The position numbers and the translations under genes were made by a program. From assembly GCA_963752325.1 (NCBI GenBank), contig CAVVXU010000004.1, positions 50,559 through 114,558 on the forward strand: 64,000 nt of DNA. The letters are read 5' to 3'. Each line of letters starts with the position of its first letter. The first letter of the stretch is position 1. This DNA comes from an uncultured Alphaproteobacteria bacterium (lineage in GTDB: Bacteria; Pseudomonadota; Alphaproteobacteria; Geminicoccales; Geminicoccaceae). The notes beneath the pieces are model-generated. The model saw only the letters and a program-made list of their open reading frames with translations. It had not been told where the DNA came from and searched no databases. Positions 51,424 through 61,827 of this stretch are shown one piece after another.

Positions 51424-53267
51424 TCATGCGGAATCCAGACCGTCGGAGCCGTCATCGGTCGGCTCGCCGCCCTGGCTCTGCAGCTCGTAGAGGCTGGCGT
51501 AGCGGCCCCCCTGACGGAGAAGCTCGTCATGGGTGCCGCGCTCGACGATCCGCCCGGCCTCGAGGAAGATGATCTCGTGGGCGTCCATGAGCGATCCCAG
51601 GCGGTGCGCGATGATGATCGTTGCCCGATCGGCCGCCTGCGCGCGGAGCGCCTCGCGGATGCCCTGCTCGGTTGCGGCATCGACCGAGGCGGTGGAGTCG
51701 TCGAAGACCAGGATGGGGGCCGCCAGGAGGATGCTGCGGGCGATCGGCGAGGCGCTGGCGTTGGCCGCCCGACAGCGAGACGCCGCGCTCGCCGACGAGC
51801 GTGCCGTACTCCCGCGGCAGGCCCGCGATGTAGCCGTGCAGACGCGCCGTCTCGCTGGACTGGGCGATGCGCTCGCGATCCGCCCAGGGATCGCCATAGG
51901 CGATGTTGTTCTCGATCGAGGCGGTGAAGAGATAGGAGTCCTGCTGGACGAGGCTGACGGTCCGCCGCAGCGACGCCAGGGTGACGTCGCGGACGTCCTG
52001 GCCGTCGATCGTGATCCGGCCGGCCGTCGACGTCGTAGTAGCGCGGGATGAGGTGGGCGATCGTCGACTTGCCGCTGCCCGGCGGGCCGACGATTCCGAG
52101 CGTTCGGCCGGCCCGGACCTCGAAGCTGATGTCACGGAGCGTGACCGGTCCGGCACCATCGCGGCCATCGGGCTCGGGCCCGGCGTAGGAGAAGGAGACG
52201 TTCTCGAAGCGCAGCGTCGGGCGCGCGGTGCCTGCAGCTCCGTGGCCTGCGGCCTGTCGGCGATGTCGGGCTCGCGGTCGAGCACCTCGAAGAGGCGCTC
52301 GCCGCACATCGACGCGCGGGCGAAGGCGTTGACCATCAGCCCGATCTGCCGGACGGGCATCTGCAGGATGACCATGAAGGCCAGATACTCGGTCAGCGTG
52401 CCGACGGTGATGGCGCCGGCGAGCACCCTCTGGCCGCCCACCCAGGAGCAGCAGCCCCATGGCGAGGAAGAAGGCATAGCTCATCGCCGAGCCGTTCCGG
52501 ACGCGAAGGTCGATCCGGCGGTCGGCGAGGTCGAGGGTCTCCTGCGAGACCTCGTCGAACTTGGCCATCTCGTGGCGCTGGGCGGCGAAGGCGCGGACGA
52601 CGCGGATCCCGCCCAGATTCTCCTCCATCACGCGGGTGAGCACGCCCAGCTTCTCCTGAAGCGCCAGCCAGCTCGCGCGGAGGCGCAGCTGCGCCACGAT
52701 CGAGCGCCAGGCGGCAAAGGGCGCGAAGCTGAGCGCCAGAAGGCCCAGCACAGGCTCGCGTCCGAGGAGCAGGGTCGCGCCGATGCCCAGCAGCAGGACG
52801 AGCAGCACGAGGCGGATGAGGCCGGCATTGACGACCATGCGCAGGCCTTCGATGTCGAGCATGCCGCGCGTGATCAGCTCGCCGGTGTGCACGCGGTCAT
52901 GGAAGCCGAAGCTCAGCCGCTGCAGCTTGGCGTAGTAGGCCATGCGCAGGTCGTAGGCGATGCGCTGGCCGACGGCCTCGCCTTCGTAGTTCTGCCACAT
53001 GGTGAAGAGGCCACGAAGCACGCTGGCGCCGATCAGCAGGCCGGCCGTGCGCCAGAGCGCCGTGCGCGCCGCGACCTCGTTGCCACTGTGAAGCAGGCCG
53101 GTCGCGGCATCCACCGACTGGCCCAGATAGTGTGGGATCAGAAGCTGGAGGATCGCCGCCACCACCGTGGCGCCTAGCGCTGCCGCCATGCCCCAGGGAT
53201 AGCGCCGAGCCATGCGCAGCGAGCGCGCGAGGACGCGGAAGTCGGCTCTTGGCGGAGCCGCCGCCAT
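51424..53267 (-). pseudogene. ABC exporter half transporter (partner of 49531-51423), at least 4 frame breaks
   Basis: Collinear pieces lie in three frames. The TMD ([10 protein letters not shown]...[15 protein letters not shown]) runs from 53267 to about 52450. ..[38 protein letters not shown].. runs to about 52240. ..[22 protein letters not shown] (Walker A).. runs to about 52020. ..[21 protein letters not shown].. runs to about 51760. ..[19 protein letters not shown] ends at 51424. Confidence 0.85.
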
Positions 53268-53528
53268 CGCCTTGCTTGAGCAAGGATGGGGCAGAGTCGG
53301 ATCATCGTCGCGGAATGGTCCAGCGCAAGCGGTGACAAGGCGCGGCCCGCCGAGCCGGAAGCCGGACCGCGAGGACGGCTGCTGCCGGGGCGGGGCAGGG
53401 CGTGGCCAGAGCGTCTGCGCTCAATAGCGCCGCCGGCGCGGACGGGCCAAAGGCTTTCGACATATCTTGATCGCAGGGGACACATGCTGAAACTGGCCCG
53501 TCGAGCCGAGAAGAGGAGGGGGTCGTCG

Positions 53529-53975
53529 GTGACAATCCTTGGGACTCGAAGCGGGCGACGTTGATCGTGGATGACGGCCTTGGCCGAGGCGAGGACGGCG
53601 CGGCCTTGCCCCCCTGGGCGTGGCGGTGCTGGATGCCGGGGGGCACGTCCTGGTGTTCAAGCGCGAGGATCGTGCCGGCATTCTCCGGTTCGATATCGCC
53701 TACGCCAAGGCGTGGGGAGCGTCTGGGCATGGGCTTCGGGACGCGCGAGCTGGCGGAGCGCGCCCCGCGCAGCCCCGCCTTCGTCGCCGCCCTGGGCGCG
53801 GTGTCGGGCGGACGCGTCGTGCCGTCGCCCGGCGGCGTCCTCATTCTCGACGCTGACGGCGAGGTTCTGGGGGCCGTCGGGATCTCCGGCGATACCGGGG
53901 ATCACGACGAGGCGTGCGCCATGGCGGGGATCGCCGCGGCCGAGCTGGTAGCCCAGCCGGGCATGGCGTCTCCTG
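53529..53975 (+). pseudogene. GlcG/HbpS-like (DUF336, heme-binding) protein gene, at least 3 frame breaks; 3' end uncertain
   Basis: GTG53529 has a strong GAGGAGGG RBS. Pieces: ..DSKRATLIVDDGLGRGEDGAALPP / (C6 run) LGVAVLDAGGHVLVFKREDRAGILRFDIAYAKAWGA / LGMGFGTRELAERAP..GGVLILDADGEVLGAVGISGDTGDHDEACAMAGIAAA... The last frame has no stop until 54178, inside the next gene. Confidence 0.55.
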
Positions 53976-54078
53976 ACGGATGCGGGCCGGGCGCTTGCCC
54001 GGTCGCAGGCGCGCTGCTAAGCTCGACGGGTCGAGGCGCGACCCGCGCCGCTGAGGCTCGAGAGGGAGGCCCAAGAGA

Positions 54079-54858
54079 ATGTCGATCGATCTGCTGCAGG
54101 CGATGGCGGCGGCACTGGCGAACGGCAGCGTTCGCGTCGTCGACCTCAGCCAGACTCTGCGCCCGTCGACGCCGGTGATCCAGCTGCCGCCGCCGTTCGC
54201 ACCCTCGGCGCCGTTCCGGATCGAGCCGATCTCGCGCTACGACGAGCATGGCCCCGCCTGGTACTGGAACAACATCAGCATGGGCGAGCACACGGGCACG
54301 CATTTCGACGCGCCCGTGCATTGGGTCTCGGGCAAGGATTTCGCCGACGGCTACACGGACACGATTCCGGCCCAGCGGCTCGTCGCCCCGGCCTGCGTCA
54401 TCGACTGCTCGAAGGAGGCGGCGGCGGACGAGAGCTTTCTGCTCGAGCCCGCCCACATCGAGGCCTGGGAGGCGCGTCACGGCCGCATCCCCAAGGGGGC
54501 CTGGGCGCTGATGCGCACCGACTGGTCGAAGCGCACCGATCCCGCGGCCTTCCTGAACGCCAAGGAGGACGGGCCGCACGTGCCGGGGCCGAGCGTCGCC
54601 GCCATCCGGCTCCTGGTCGAGCGCGAGGTCAATGGCTGGGGCGTGGAGGCGGTGGGCACCGACGCCGGCCAGGCTTTTGCGTTCGAGCCCGCCTTCCCGG
54701 CGCACAACCTGATGCACGGCTCCAACAAGCTGGGCCTCGCCAGCCTCACCAACCTCGACCAGCTGCCGCCGACGGGGGCGCTCCTGATCACGCCACCGCT
54801 CAAGATCGAAAAGGGCTCGGGCAGCCCGCTCAGGGTGCTGGCGCTGGTCCCCGGTTGA
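54079..54858 (+). CDS. cyclase-family protein (kynurenine-formamidase-like metal hydrolase)
   Basis: GEHTGTHFDAPVHW is the HxGTHxDxPxH motif. 259 aa. Confidence 0.9.
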   Translation: MSIDLLQAMAAALANGSVRVVDLSQTLRPSTPVIQLPPPFAPSAPFRIEPISRYDEHGPAWYWNNISMGEHTGTHFDAPVHWVSGKDFADGYTDTIPAQRLVAPACVIDCSKEAAADESFLLEPAHIEAWEARHGRIPKGAWALMRTDWSKRTDPAAFLNAKEDGPHVPGPSVAAIRLLVEREVNGWGVEAVGTDAGQAFAFEPAFPAHNLMHGSNKLGLASLTNLDQLPPTGALLITPPLKIEKGSGSPLRVLALVPG

Positions 54859-54892
54859 TCGGCGCCGGCAGCCCGCTAAGGTCCGCGCCCAT

Positions 54893-54977
54893 GCCCGCTT
54901 GGCGGAACAGGTAGACGCACGGGACTTAAAATCCCGGGGCTTCGGCCGTGCCGGTTCGAGTCCGGCAGCGGGCACCA
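54893..54977 (+). tRNA. tRNA-Leu(TAA): tRNA-Leu (anticodon TAA)
   Basis: Acceptor stem GCCCGCT/AGCGGGC, D-arm GGCGGAACAGGTAGACGC, anticodon stem-loop CGGGA-CTTAAAA-TCCCG, long variable arm, T-arm GCCGGTTCGAGTCCGGC, discriminator A and an encoded CCA. Confidence 0.95.
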
Positions 54978-55189
54978 CGAACCTCGAGAGGGCCTCTGAG
55001 AAGAAGCGGCTTGGCCGCATTCGGTCTCGCATCGATACGACGGCAGCTCCCGCAACGGCGCGGGTGGAACATCGGCGCCTGCCACATCATTTATACGCGG
55101 CCGGCCATGATGCGGGGGGAGAGCGCTGCTCGCGCTTTTCGGCAGCGCCTTGCCATAGCCGAGAGATATCCATCCTGGGGACGACTTTA

Positions 55190-56408
55190 TTGACCAGTCC
55201 TGATCCTCTTCCGCTGATCGGCTGGCTCGCGGAGGGCGTGCTGGCGGGCCGGCAAGCAAGCGAGCTGCTGGGTGGCCTCGGCGAGAGGCTCAACGAGGCG
55301 GGCGTGCCCGTGTTCCGCCTGGCGGTGGGCTCCGGGCTTCTGCACCCGACCTTCGACGCCGTCGGCATGTTCTGGCGACGAGGCCAGGAGGTCCAGGTCA
55401 GTCGCTCCGAGCGTCTGGTAGGGGCCCCAGAGGACGACGATGGCTGGCTGCGGAGCCCATGGCACCATCTCATCGAGAGCCGCATGACCAGCCTGCGCCG
55501 ACGGCTCGACGGGGCCGACAGCCCGGTCGAGTTTCCCGATCCTGCGCCAGCTCCGCGAGGAGGGGGTGACCGACTATCTGGCCCGTGTCGAGCATCTCGG
55601 TCCGAGTGCCAGGATGGGCGAGCTCGACGACATCATGAGCTCTTGGACGACAGACCGGCCGGGCGGCTTCACCGACGACGAGCTGGCCCTGCTCGAGAAG
55701 ATCGTGCCGGTATTCGCCGTGGCCTACTACGCGCGTGCGTCGATCGTGACCGGCAAGACGCTGCTCAAGACCTATCTCGGCGACGACGCGGCGCGGCGTG
55801 TGCTCGATGGCAACGTCGTGCGCGGCCGGGCGGAGATCATTCGTGCGGTCGTCTGGTACAGCGATCTCGCCAACTTCACGCGCATCGCCGACGAGGTCCA
55901 CCACGAGGAGGTTCTGGCGCTCCTCAACGACTATGCTGAATGCCTGGTCGAGATCCTCGACGGCGCGGGCGGGCAGGTGCTGAAGTTCGTGGGTGACGGG
56001 ATCTCGGCGATCTTCCCCGACGGTGAGGGCAATCATGCCGCCGATCGTGCGCTGTCCGCCGCAGCCGAGGCCGAGCGCGCGGTCTCGAAGCTCAACAGGC
56101 AGCGAAGCGAGCAGGGAAAGGCCGTCACCGATTTCTATCTGGCGCTGCACGTGGGCGAGCTGCTTTACGGCAATTTCGGCAGCAGCCACAGGCTGGACTT
56201 CTCGGTGCTGGGGCCGGCTGTGAACGAGGCCAGCCGCATGGCCCAGCTCTGCCGGTCGATCGACCAGCGGATCGTCGTGTCGTCAGCCTTCGCGCAGGCC
56301 GCCGGAGAGCGCCGTAGCTGGCTCGTCTCCCTCGGCCGCTACGCTCTCAAGGGCGTGGGCGCGCCTCAGGAGCTGCTCACGCTCGACAGGGGCGCATCCG
56401 GGGCCTGA
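55190..56408 (+). CDS. class III adenylate/guanylate cyclase with an N-terminal domain of unknown function; apparent 1-nt frameshift near 55535
   Basis: The N-terminal part (..LPLIGWLAEGVLAGRQASELLGGLGERLNEAGVPVFRLAVGSGLLHPTF...DGADSPVEFP) is in the frame of ORF 54899. It continues as ILRQLREEGVTDYLARVEH... in ORF 55566-56408. The catalytic domain reads ..VVWYSDLANFTRIAD..VLKFVGDGISAIF..VGELLYGNFGS..DFSVLGPAVNEASR... The TTG55190 start is tentative. Confidence 0.75.
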
Positions 56409-56664
56409 GCAAGACTGTTGCACAGTGGGCACAGTTCGGGCATCGTGATCGACCTGAGGTCTTCGACCTCATCCCCGGCGCTTGCCGCCCGGCCGACCCC
56501 TACCAGCTCATCCGTCACCCAAATGGAGCGCCCAGCTGCGCGCTCCCTGGCGCCTGCTGCCCTCGCTCGGCGAAGGGCAAGAGCACGAGCTGCGCGAGAC
56601 CGGCCATCAGAGCCGGGGTTTTCGTGGTGTCTTTAGCCGCCAACGCCGTCGGGAGCACTGCTAC

Positions 56665-57297
56665 ATGGCTAACTTCGTCTGGGACTTGCGTGCGAGGCGT
56701 GAGCACAACCCGGTCATGTTCGACGCCCTCATGGATGGTTGCGACTGCGACGTCCTGCCGGGCGCCACGGGCGTGTTCGGATCGGCACCGACCAACCCTA
56801 TTCCGGTGTGCTCGGTGCTGGGCGAGCTCGCCTATCTGTCGCGGCTGAGGAGCCGCTCCGGATCCTACCTTTTCTTCCACCGCCTGGCATCGCTGCCATG
56901 GCCGGGCGGCAACGGTCGCATGATCGACATCTTCGAGACGGTCACGCGCGACAACCGTTGGGACCTCCTCTACCTCGACTGCCGCCACTGTCGGGAGTCG
57001 CGAAGGGCGCCCGAGGGCTATCGCCTGATCCGCGAGGGTGACAGGGACAGCCTCTTCCTATGCGTGACGGGCTCGCCCGAGCGGGTGGTGCCCTTTCCAG
57101 GCGACATGGCGGGCCCCATCGCCCGCTGGACAGGCGTCGCGCTGGATTTCCCGGAGGAGCCCGAGCCTTGGCAGGAGGCGCTGACGGCCCTTCGGCTTCG
57201 AGCACCCGAGGCCCACGAGCGGCGACTGCGGCAGGCCGGCCTGCCTACCCACCAGCAGCGCCATGTGATGGCTGCCGCACGCGCTCGCTTTCTCTGA
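56665..57297 (+). CDS. hypothetical protein (210 aa) with Cys-containing motifs
   Basis: ATG56665. Codons are G/C-ending throughout. The motifs DGCDCDV and LDCRHC are present. No family recognised. Confidence 0.55.
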   Translation: MANFVWDLRARREHNPVMFDALMDGCDCDVLPGATGVFGSAPTNPIPVCSVLGELAYLSRLRSRSGSYLFFHRLASLPWPGGNGRMIDIFETVTRDNRWDLLYLDCRHCRESRRAPEGYRLIREGDRDSLFLCVTGSPERVVPFPGDMAGPIARWTGVALDFPEEPEPWQEALTALRLRAPEAHERRLRQAGLPTHQQRHVMAAARARFL

Positions 57298-57396
57298 GGC
57301 CACGGCCGGGGCGAGGCGCTTGCGCCCGCCTCGGCCGGCGGTAGTCTCAGGCTCGCGCTCCGCTCGCCGGTGGGGCGCGGCAGGTCGGGGAAGGCA

Positions 57397-58710
57397 ATGG
57401 GTCACGCGCGTGCGCCGGACCGGCGCGATCTCGATCCTATCGAGATCGCCAGCCGTGACGAGATCTCGAGCCTGCAGCTCGGCCGGCTCAAATGGTCGCT
57501 TCGCCATGCCTATGAGCATGTGCCGCACTACCGGGCGCTGCTCGACGCGCGGGGCGTTCCTCCCGACGATCTCCATGCGCTCGAGGATCTCGCCCACTTT
57601 CCCCTGACCACCAAGGAGGATCTGCGGCAGACCTATCCCTTCGGCATGCTGGCCGTGCCCCGCAAGCGTCTGGCCCGGATCCACGCCTCCTCCGGGACCA
57701 CGGGTCGGCCTACCGTCGTGGGCTATACGAAGAACGACATCGAGACCTGGGCCGAGGTGGTGGCGCGCTCGCTCAGGGCGGCGGGCGGCCGCCCGGGCGA
57801 CCTTATCCACGTCGTCTATGGCTACGGGCTCTTCACCGGCGGTCTGGGCCTGCACTACGGCGCCGAGCGGATGGGCATGACGGTGGTTCCGATGTCCGGC
57901 GGCATGACCGAGCGGCAGGTCCAGCTGATCGGCGACTTTGGCCCGCAGGTGATCGCGGCCACGCCATCCTACATGCTGGCGATTGCCGACGAGATCGAGC
58001 GTCAGGGAGGCGATGGTCGGGCGACCAGCCTCGAGGTCGGGGTTCTCGGTGCCGAGCCATGGAGCGAGGGGATGCGTGCCGAGATCGAGAGCCGTCTCGG
58101 CATCGATGCGGTCGACATCTACGGCCTCTCCGAGGTGATCGGGCCCGGCGTCGCCAACGAGTGCATCGAGACCAAGGACGGCCTGCACATCTGGGAGGAT
58201 CACTTCTATCCCGAGATCGTGGATCCGGCGACGGGCGAGGTGCTGCCGGAGGGTGAGATCGGGGAGCTGGTGTTGACCTCGCTCACCAAGGAGGCGATGC
58301 CGGTCATCCGCTATCGCACCCGCGACCTTACGCGCCTGATGCCGGGTACCGCGCGCAGCATGCGCCGCATGGCCCGCATCGCCGGTCGCAGCGACGACAT
58401 GCTGATCATCCGCGGCTGCAATCTCTTCCCTTCCCAGATCGAGGAGCTGCTCTCGTCCGATCCGCGGCTCACCCTCCACTATCTCCTGGAGCTGCGGCGT
58501 GAGGGGCCTCTTGATTCGCTGACGGTTGTCGTCGAGGCACGGCCAGAGGCCGGGGATGCCGCTGCGCGGGCCGCCGCCGCCGAGGATCTCGTACACCGCC
58601 TGAAGGAACGTGTCGGGCTCACCGCCGCCATTGATGTGCGCGCGCCCGGCGGGGTGGAGCGCTCCCTCGGCAAGGCGAGACGCTTGATCGACCTCCGAGA
58701 GCCGCGCTGA
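57397..58710 (+). CDS. paaK: phenylacetate-CoA ligase
   Basis: ..LDPIEIASRDEISSLQLGRLKWSLRHAYEHVPHYR.., the AMP-binding loop ASSGTTGRPTVVGYT, ..YGYGLFTGGLGLHYGAE.., ..IYGLSEVIGPGVANEC.., ..PVIRYRTRDLTR..MRRMARIAGRSDDMLIIRG.. closely follow PaaK as I recall it. ATG57397 (GGGGAAGG upstream) is preferred over 57370. Confidence 0.9.
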   Translation: MGHARAPDRRDLDPIEIASRDEISSLQLGRLKWSLRHAYEHVPHYRALLDARGVPPDDLHALEDLAHFPLTTKEDLRQTYPFGMLAVPRKRLARIHASSGTTGRPTVVGYTKNDIETWAEVVARSLRAAGGRPGDLIHVVYGYGLFTGGLGLHYGAERMGMTVVPMSGGMTERQVQLIGDFGPQVIAATPSYMLAIADEIERQGGDGRATSLEVGVLGAEPWSEGMRAEIESRLGIDAVDIYGLSEVIGPGVANECIETKDGLHIWEDHFYPEIVDPATGEVLPEGEIGELVLTSLTKEAMPVIRYRTRDLTRLMPGTARSMRRMARIAGRSDDMLIIRGCNLFPSQIEELLSSDPRLTLHYLLELRREGPLDSLTVVVEARPEAGDAAARAAAAEDLVHRLKERVGLTAAIDVRAPGGVERSLGKARRLIDLREPR

Positions 58711-58776
58711 TCGCCATGCCTGCCGACCTCGCGATCCGGGACCCGTCGTCCACGAGCGCGCCGGCGCCCGCTTGGC

Positions 58777-60069
58777 TCAGGCGTTCTCTCTGAGAACGTG
58801 GCCCGCCAGATAGAGCGAGCCGCAGACTAGAACGAGCGGCGGGACCGAGGCCGTCTCCAGAACGAGCTTCAGCGCCGTTGCGACGGATGGTGCCGCGCTC
58901 GCCGAGAGGCCGAGCCCGCGGGCGGTCTCGCGGATCTCAGTCGGATCTCGGCTCTGCTCCTCATCCGGGACGGGCACCGCCACCAGGCCATCGACGAGCC
59001 CTTGCAGCGGCTCGAGGAAGCGGGTCAGATCCTTGTTGGCCAGCATGCCCAGGATCAGGTGGACAGGACGCCCGCGGGCGAGGCGTGGCAGGCTTTGGGC
59101 CAGGACCGTGCCGGCTGCCGGATTGTGGCCGCCGTCGAGCCAGATCTCGCTGCCTGACGGCAAATGTGCTGCCAGCGGTCCAATGCTGAGGCGCTGGAGC
59201 CGCGCTTCCCAGTGGGCGCTCAAGAGGCCCGAGGCGATCGCCGCGTTGTCGGGCGTCAGCGCGCCGAGGTGACGGGCGGCGATGACGGCTAGGCCAGCGT
59301 TCTCCACCTGATGGACGCCGGCGAGCGCGGGTAGCGGGAGATCCAGCATCGTCTCGCCATCGCGTACCGCGAGACGGTCGTTAAGCTCGAAGGCTTCCCA
59401 CTCGACACCGCCACGCACGAGCGGAGCCGCTATCTCGCGGGCACGGCGCTCGAGCACGGTTGCCGCCTCCGGGCGCTGGGGGCCGAGGAGGGCCGGCACG
59501 CCCGGCTTGAGGATGCCGGCCTTCTCCCAGGCGATGGCCTCGAGGGTGTCGCCGAGAAAGCTCTCGTGATCCATCGAGATCGGGGAGATCAGCGTCAGCA
59601 GCGGCCGCTCGACCACATTGGTCGCATCCAGCCGGCCGCCGAGCCCGGTCTCGAGAAGCAGGATGTCCGCCGGCTCCTCGGCGAAGGCCAGAAACGCCGC
59701 GGCCGTGGTGATCTCGAAGAAGGTGATGGGCTGGCCGGCATTGGCGCGCTCGGCGGCATCGAGCACCGTTGCCAGCCTGTGCTCCTCGATCGGAGTTCCA
59801 GAGAGCAGGATGCGCTCGTTGAAGCGGACGAGGTGGGGCGAGATGTAGCGATGTACCCGGCGGCCCTCGGCCTCGAGCATGGCCGAGAGCATGGCGAGCG
59901 TGCTGCCCTTGCCGTTGGTGCCGGCTATGTGGACGACCGGCGGCAGCCGTCGCTCGGGATGGCCGAGGCGCGCCAGGACGCGCTCGATGCGGCCGAGCGA
60001 GAGGTCGATGCGCTTAGGATGAAGGCTCTTCAGCCGGGCGAGGATCAGGTCACTGCCGAACGTCGTCAT
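58777..60069 (-). CDS. folC: bifunctional folylpolyglutamate synthase / dihydrofolate synthase
   Basis: ..[13 protein letters not shown] (P-loop).., ..[14 protein letters not shown].., ..DGGHNP.. is a Mur-ligase-type FolC pattern. It overlaps the accD 3' end by 20 nt. Confidence 0.9.
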   Translation of the reverse strand: MTTFGSDLILARLKSLHPKRIDLSLGRIERVLARLGHPERRLPPVVHIAGTNGKGSTLAMLSAMLEAEGRRVHRYISPHLVRFNERILLSGTPIEEHRLATVLDAAERANAGQPITFFEITTAAAFLAFAEEPADILLLETGLGGRLDATNVVERPLLTLISPISMDHESFLGDTLEAIAWEKAGILKPGVPALLGPQRPEAATVLERRAREIAAPLVRGGVEWEAFELNDRLAVRDGETMLDLPLPALAGVHQVENAGLAVIAARHLGALTPDNAAIASGLLSAHWEARLQRLSIGPLAAHLPSGSEIWLDGGHNPAAGTVLAQSLPRLARGRPVHLILGMLANKDLTRFLEPLQGLVDGLVAVPVPDEEQSRDPTEIRETARGLGLSASAAPSVATALKLVLETASVPPLVLVCGSLYLAGHVLRENA

Positions 60070-61006
60070 GCTCGGTCTCCGGCACGAACGCAGTCTCGCT
60101 CTCGCTCAGCCCCGGCTCGGCCGGCTCTTCCTCCGGCTCCGGCGGGACAGGGCGCAAGAGGAGGTCGAGCAGACGCGCGAGCGTGGCCCGCAGCTCGAAG
60201 CGATGGACCACCATGTCGACCATGCCGTGATCCTTGAGATACTCGGCCCGCTGGAATCCCGCCGGCAGCTTCTCGCGGATGGTCTGCTCGATGACGCGGG
60301 CGCCGGCGAACCCGATGACGGCACCGGGCTCGGCAATGTGGACGTCGCCCAGCATCGCAAACGAGGCCGTGACGCCGCCCGTGGTCGGGTCGGTCAGGAT
60401 GACGATGTACGGAAGGCCGGCCTCCTTGACCTCCTGGACCGCGATGGTGGTGCGGGCCATCTGCATCAAGGAGAGGGCGCCCTCCTGCATGCGCGCCCCA
60501 CCCGAGGCGGTGACCACGATAAAGGCCGCCTGCTGCAGCACGGCCAGTCGGGCAGCGGTGACGAAGCCTTCGCCCACGGCGGCACCCATGGAGCCGGCCA
60601 TGAAGTCGAAGTTCATGATCGCGAGGACCGCCGGCAGGCCGTCGATCCGGCCATGCGCCGCCTCGAGGGCGTCCTGCGTCTTGGTCTTGGCCTGCGCTTC
60701 CCTCAGCCTGTCGCTGTAGCGCTTGAGGTCTCGGAAGCGGAGCGGATCGATCGGTGCCTTGGGCAGCTCGATCCGCTCCCAGCTGCCTTCGTCGAACAGC
60801 GCGCGGAAGCGATAGTCGGGGCCGACCCGCATATGGTGCCCGCAATGCGGGCAGACGCGCTGGTTGGCCTCGAGATCGCGGTGGAAGAGCATGCGCTCGC
60901 AGCTCGGGCACTGCTGCCAGAGGTTCTCGGGCACCTCATTGCGGCTGGGACCGACCAGCGCCCGGATCTTCGGGCGCATGTAGTTGGTGAGCCAGTTCAG
61001 CTCCAT
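60050..61006 (-). CDS. accD: acetyl-CoA carboxylase carboxyltransferase beta subunit
   Basis: Zinc ribbon [26 protein letters not shown], then ..[28 protein letters not shown]... Confidence 0.95.
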   Translation of the reverse strand: MELNWLTNYMRPKIRALVGPSRNEVPENLWQQCPSCERMLFHRDLEANQRVCPHCGHHMRVGPDYRFRALFDEGSWERIELPKAPIDPLRFRDLKRYSDRLREAQAKTKTQDALEAAHGRIDGLPAVLAIMNFDFMAGSMGAAVGEGFVTAARLAVLQQAAFIVVTASGGARMQEGALSLMQMARTTIAVQEVKEAGLPYIVILTDPTTGGVTASFAMLGDVHIAEPGAVIGFAGARVIEQTIREKLPAGFQRAEYLKDHGMVDMVVHRFELRATLARLLDLLLRPVPPEPEEEPAEPGLSESETAFVPETEHDDVRQ

Positions 61007-61827
61007 CGGGCACTCCGCACCGACTGGGCCAACGACCGCACCTTTCCATGCACCGCGTCGACCAGACCGGGCCGCGAATGCCCGGCCTCGTCGAGATGGC
61101 CGGCCACGAGGTCGACCAGCGCCGAGCCCACCACCGCCGCATCGGCGATGCGCGCGATGGCGGCGGCCTGCTCGGGCTCGCGGATGCCGAAGCCGACCGC
61201 GATGGGCAGCCGGGTGTGCTTGCGGATGCGGGCGACAGCCTCGCCGACGAGCTCGACCACAGGCTTGCGCTGGCCCGTGATGCCCGTGACGGAGACGTAG
61301 TAGAGAAAGCCCGAGGTGTGGCGAAGGACGCGGGGCAGGCGTCGGTCGTCGGTGGTCGGCGTCGCGAGGCGGATGAAGCTCAGCCCACGCTCGATCGCCG
61401 GCAGGCAGAGCTCCTCGTCCTCCTCGGGTGGCAGGTCGACGATGATCAGCCCGTCGACACCCGCGGCCTTGGCGTCGTCGAGGAACCGCGTCCGACCATA
61501 GGCCCAGATCGGGTTGTAGTAGCCCATCAGCACGATCGGGGTCAGGTCGTCGCGCTCGCGGAAGCGCCGCACCATCTCGAGCACGCGGGGCAGGGTGGTG
61601 CCGGCGGCGAGAGCCCTCAGGCTTCCCGCTTGGATCGACGGGCCATCCGCCATCGGGTCGGTGAAGGGCATGCCGATCTCGAGGAGATCGGCGCCGGCCC
61701 CCGGCAGGCCCGCGAGGAGCCGGTCGAAGGTGGCCTCGTCCGGGTCGCCGGCGCAGAGAAAGGTGACGAGCGCTGCCCGCTGCTCCTCGGCCAGCGCCTT
61801 GAACCGCGCCTCGATCCGTCCGCTCAT
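60997..61827 (-). CDS. trpA: tryptophan synthase alpha chain
   Basis: ..[11 protein letters not shown].., ..[18 protein letters not shown].., ..LMGYYNPI.., ..[10 protein letters not shown].., ..VGFGI... Confidence 0.95.
   Translation of the reverse strand: MSGRIEARFKALAEEQRAALVTFLCAGDPDEATFDRLLAGLPGAGADLLEIGMPFTDPMADGPSIQAGSLRALAAGTTLPRVLEMVRRFRERDDLTPIVLMGYYNPIWAYGRTRFLDDAKAAGVDGLIIVDLPPEEDEELCLPAIERGLSFIRLATPTTDDRRLPRVLRHTSGFLYYVSVTGITGQRKPVVELVGEAVARIRKHTRLPIAVGFGIREPEQAAAIARIADAAVVGSALVDLVAGHLDEAGHSRPGLVDAVHGKVRSLAQSVRSARWS

Noticed and set aside
49393-51927. 844-aa plus-strand ORF across the ABC exporter genes
   Set aside because: It is antisense to genes with clear Walker A and B and signature motifs, and its translation is low-complexity.
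54899-55189. 5' part of ORF 54899-55939, which starts inside tRNA-Leu
   Set aside because: It overlaps the tRNA gene and shows no coding character. Only the part from about 55190 belongs to the cyclase N-terminal domain.
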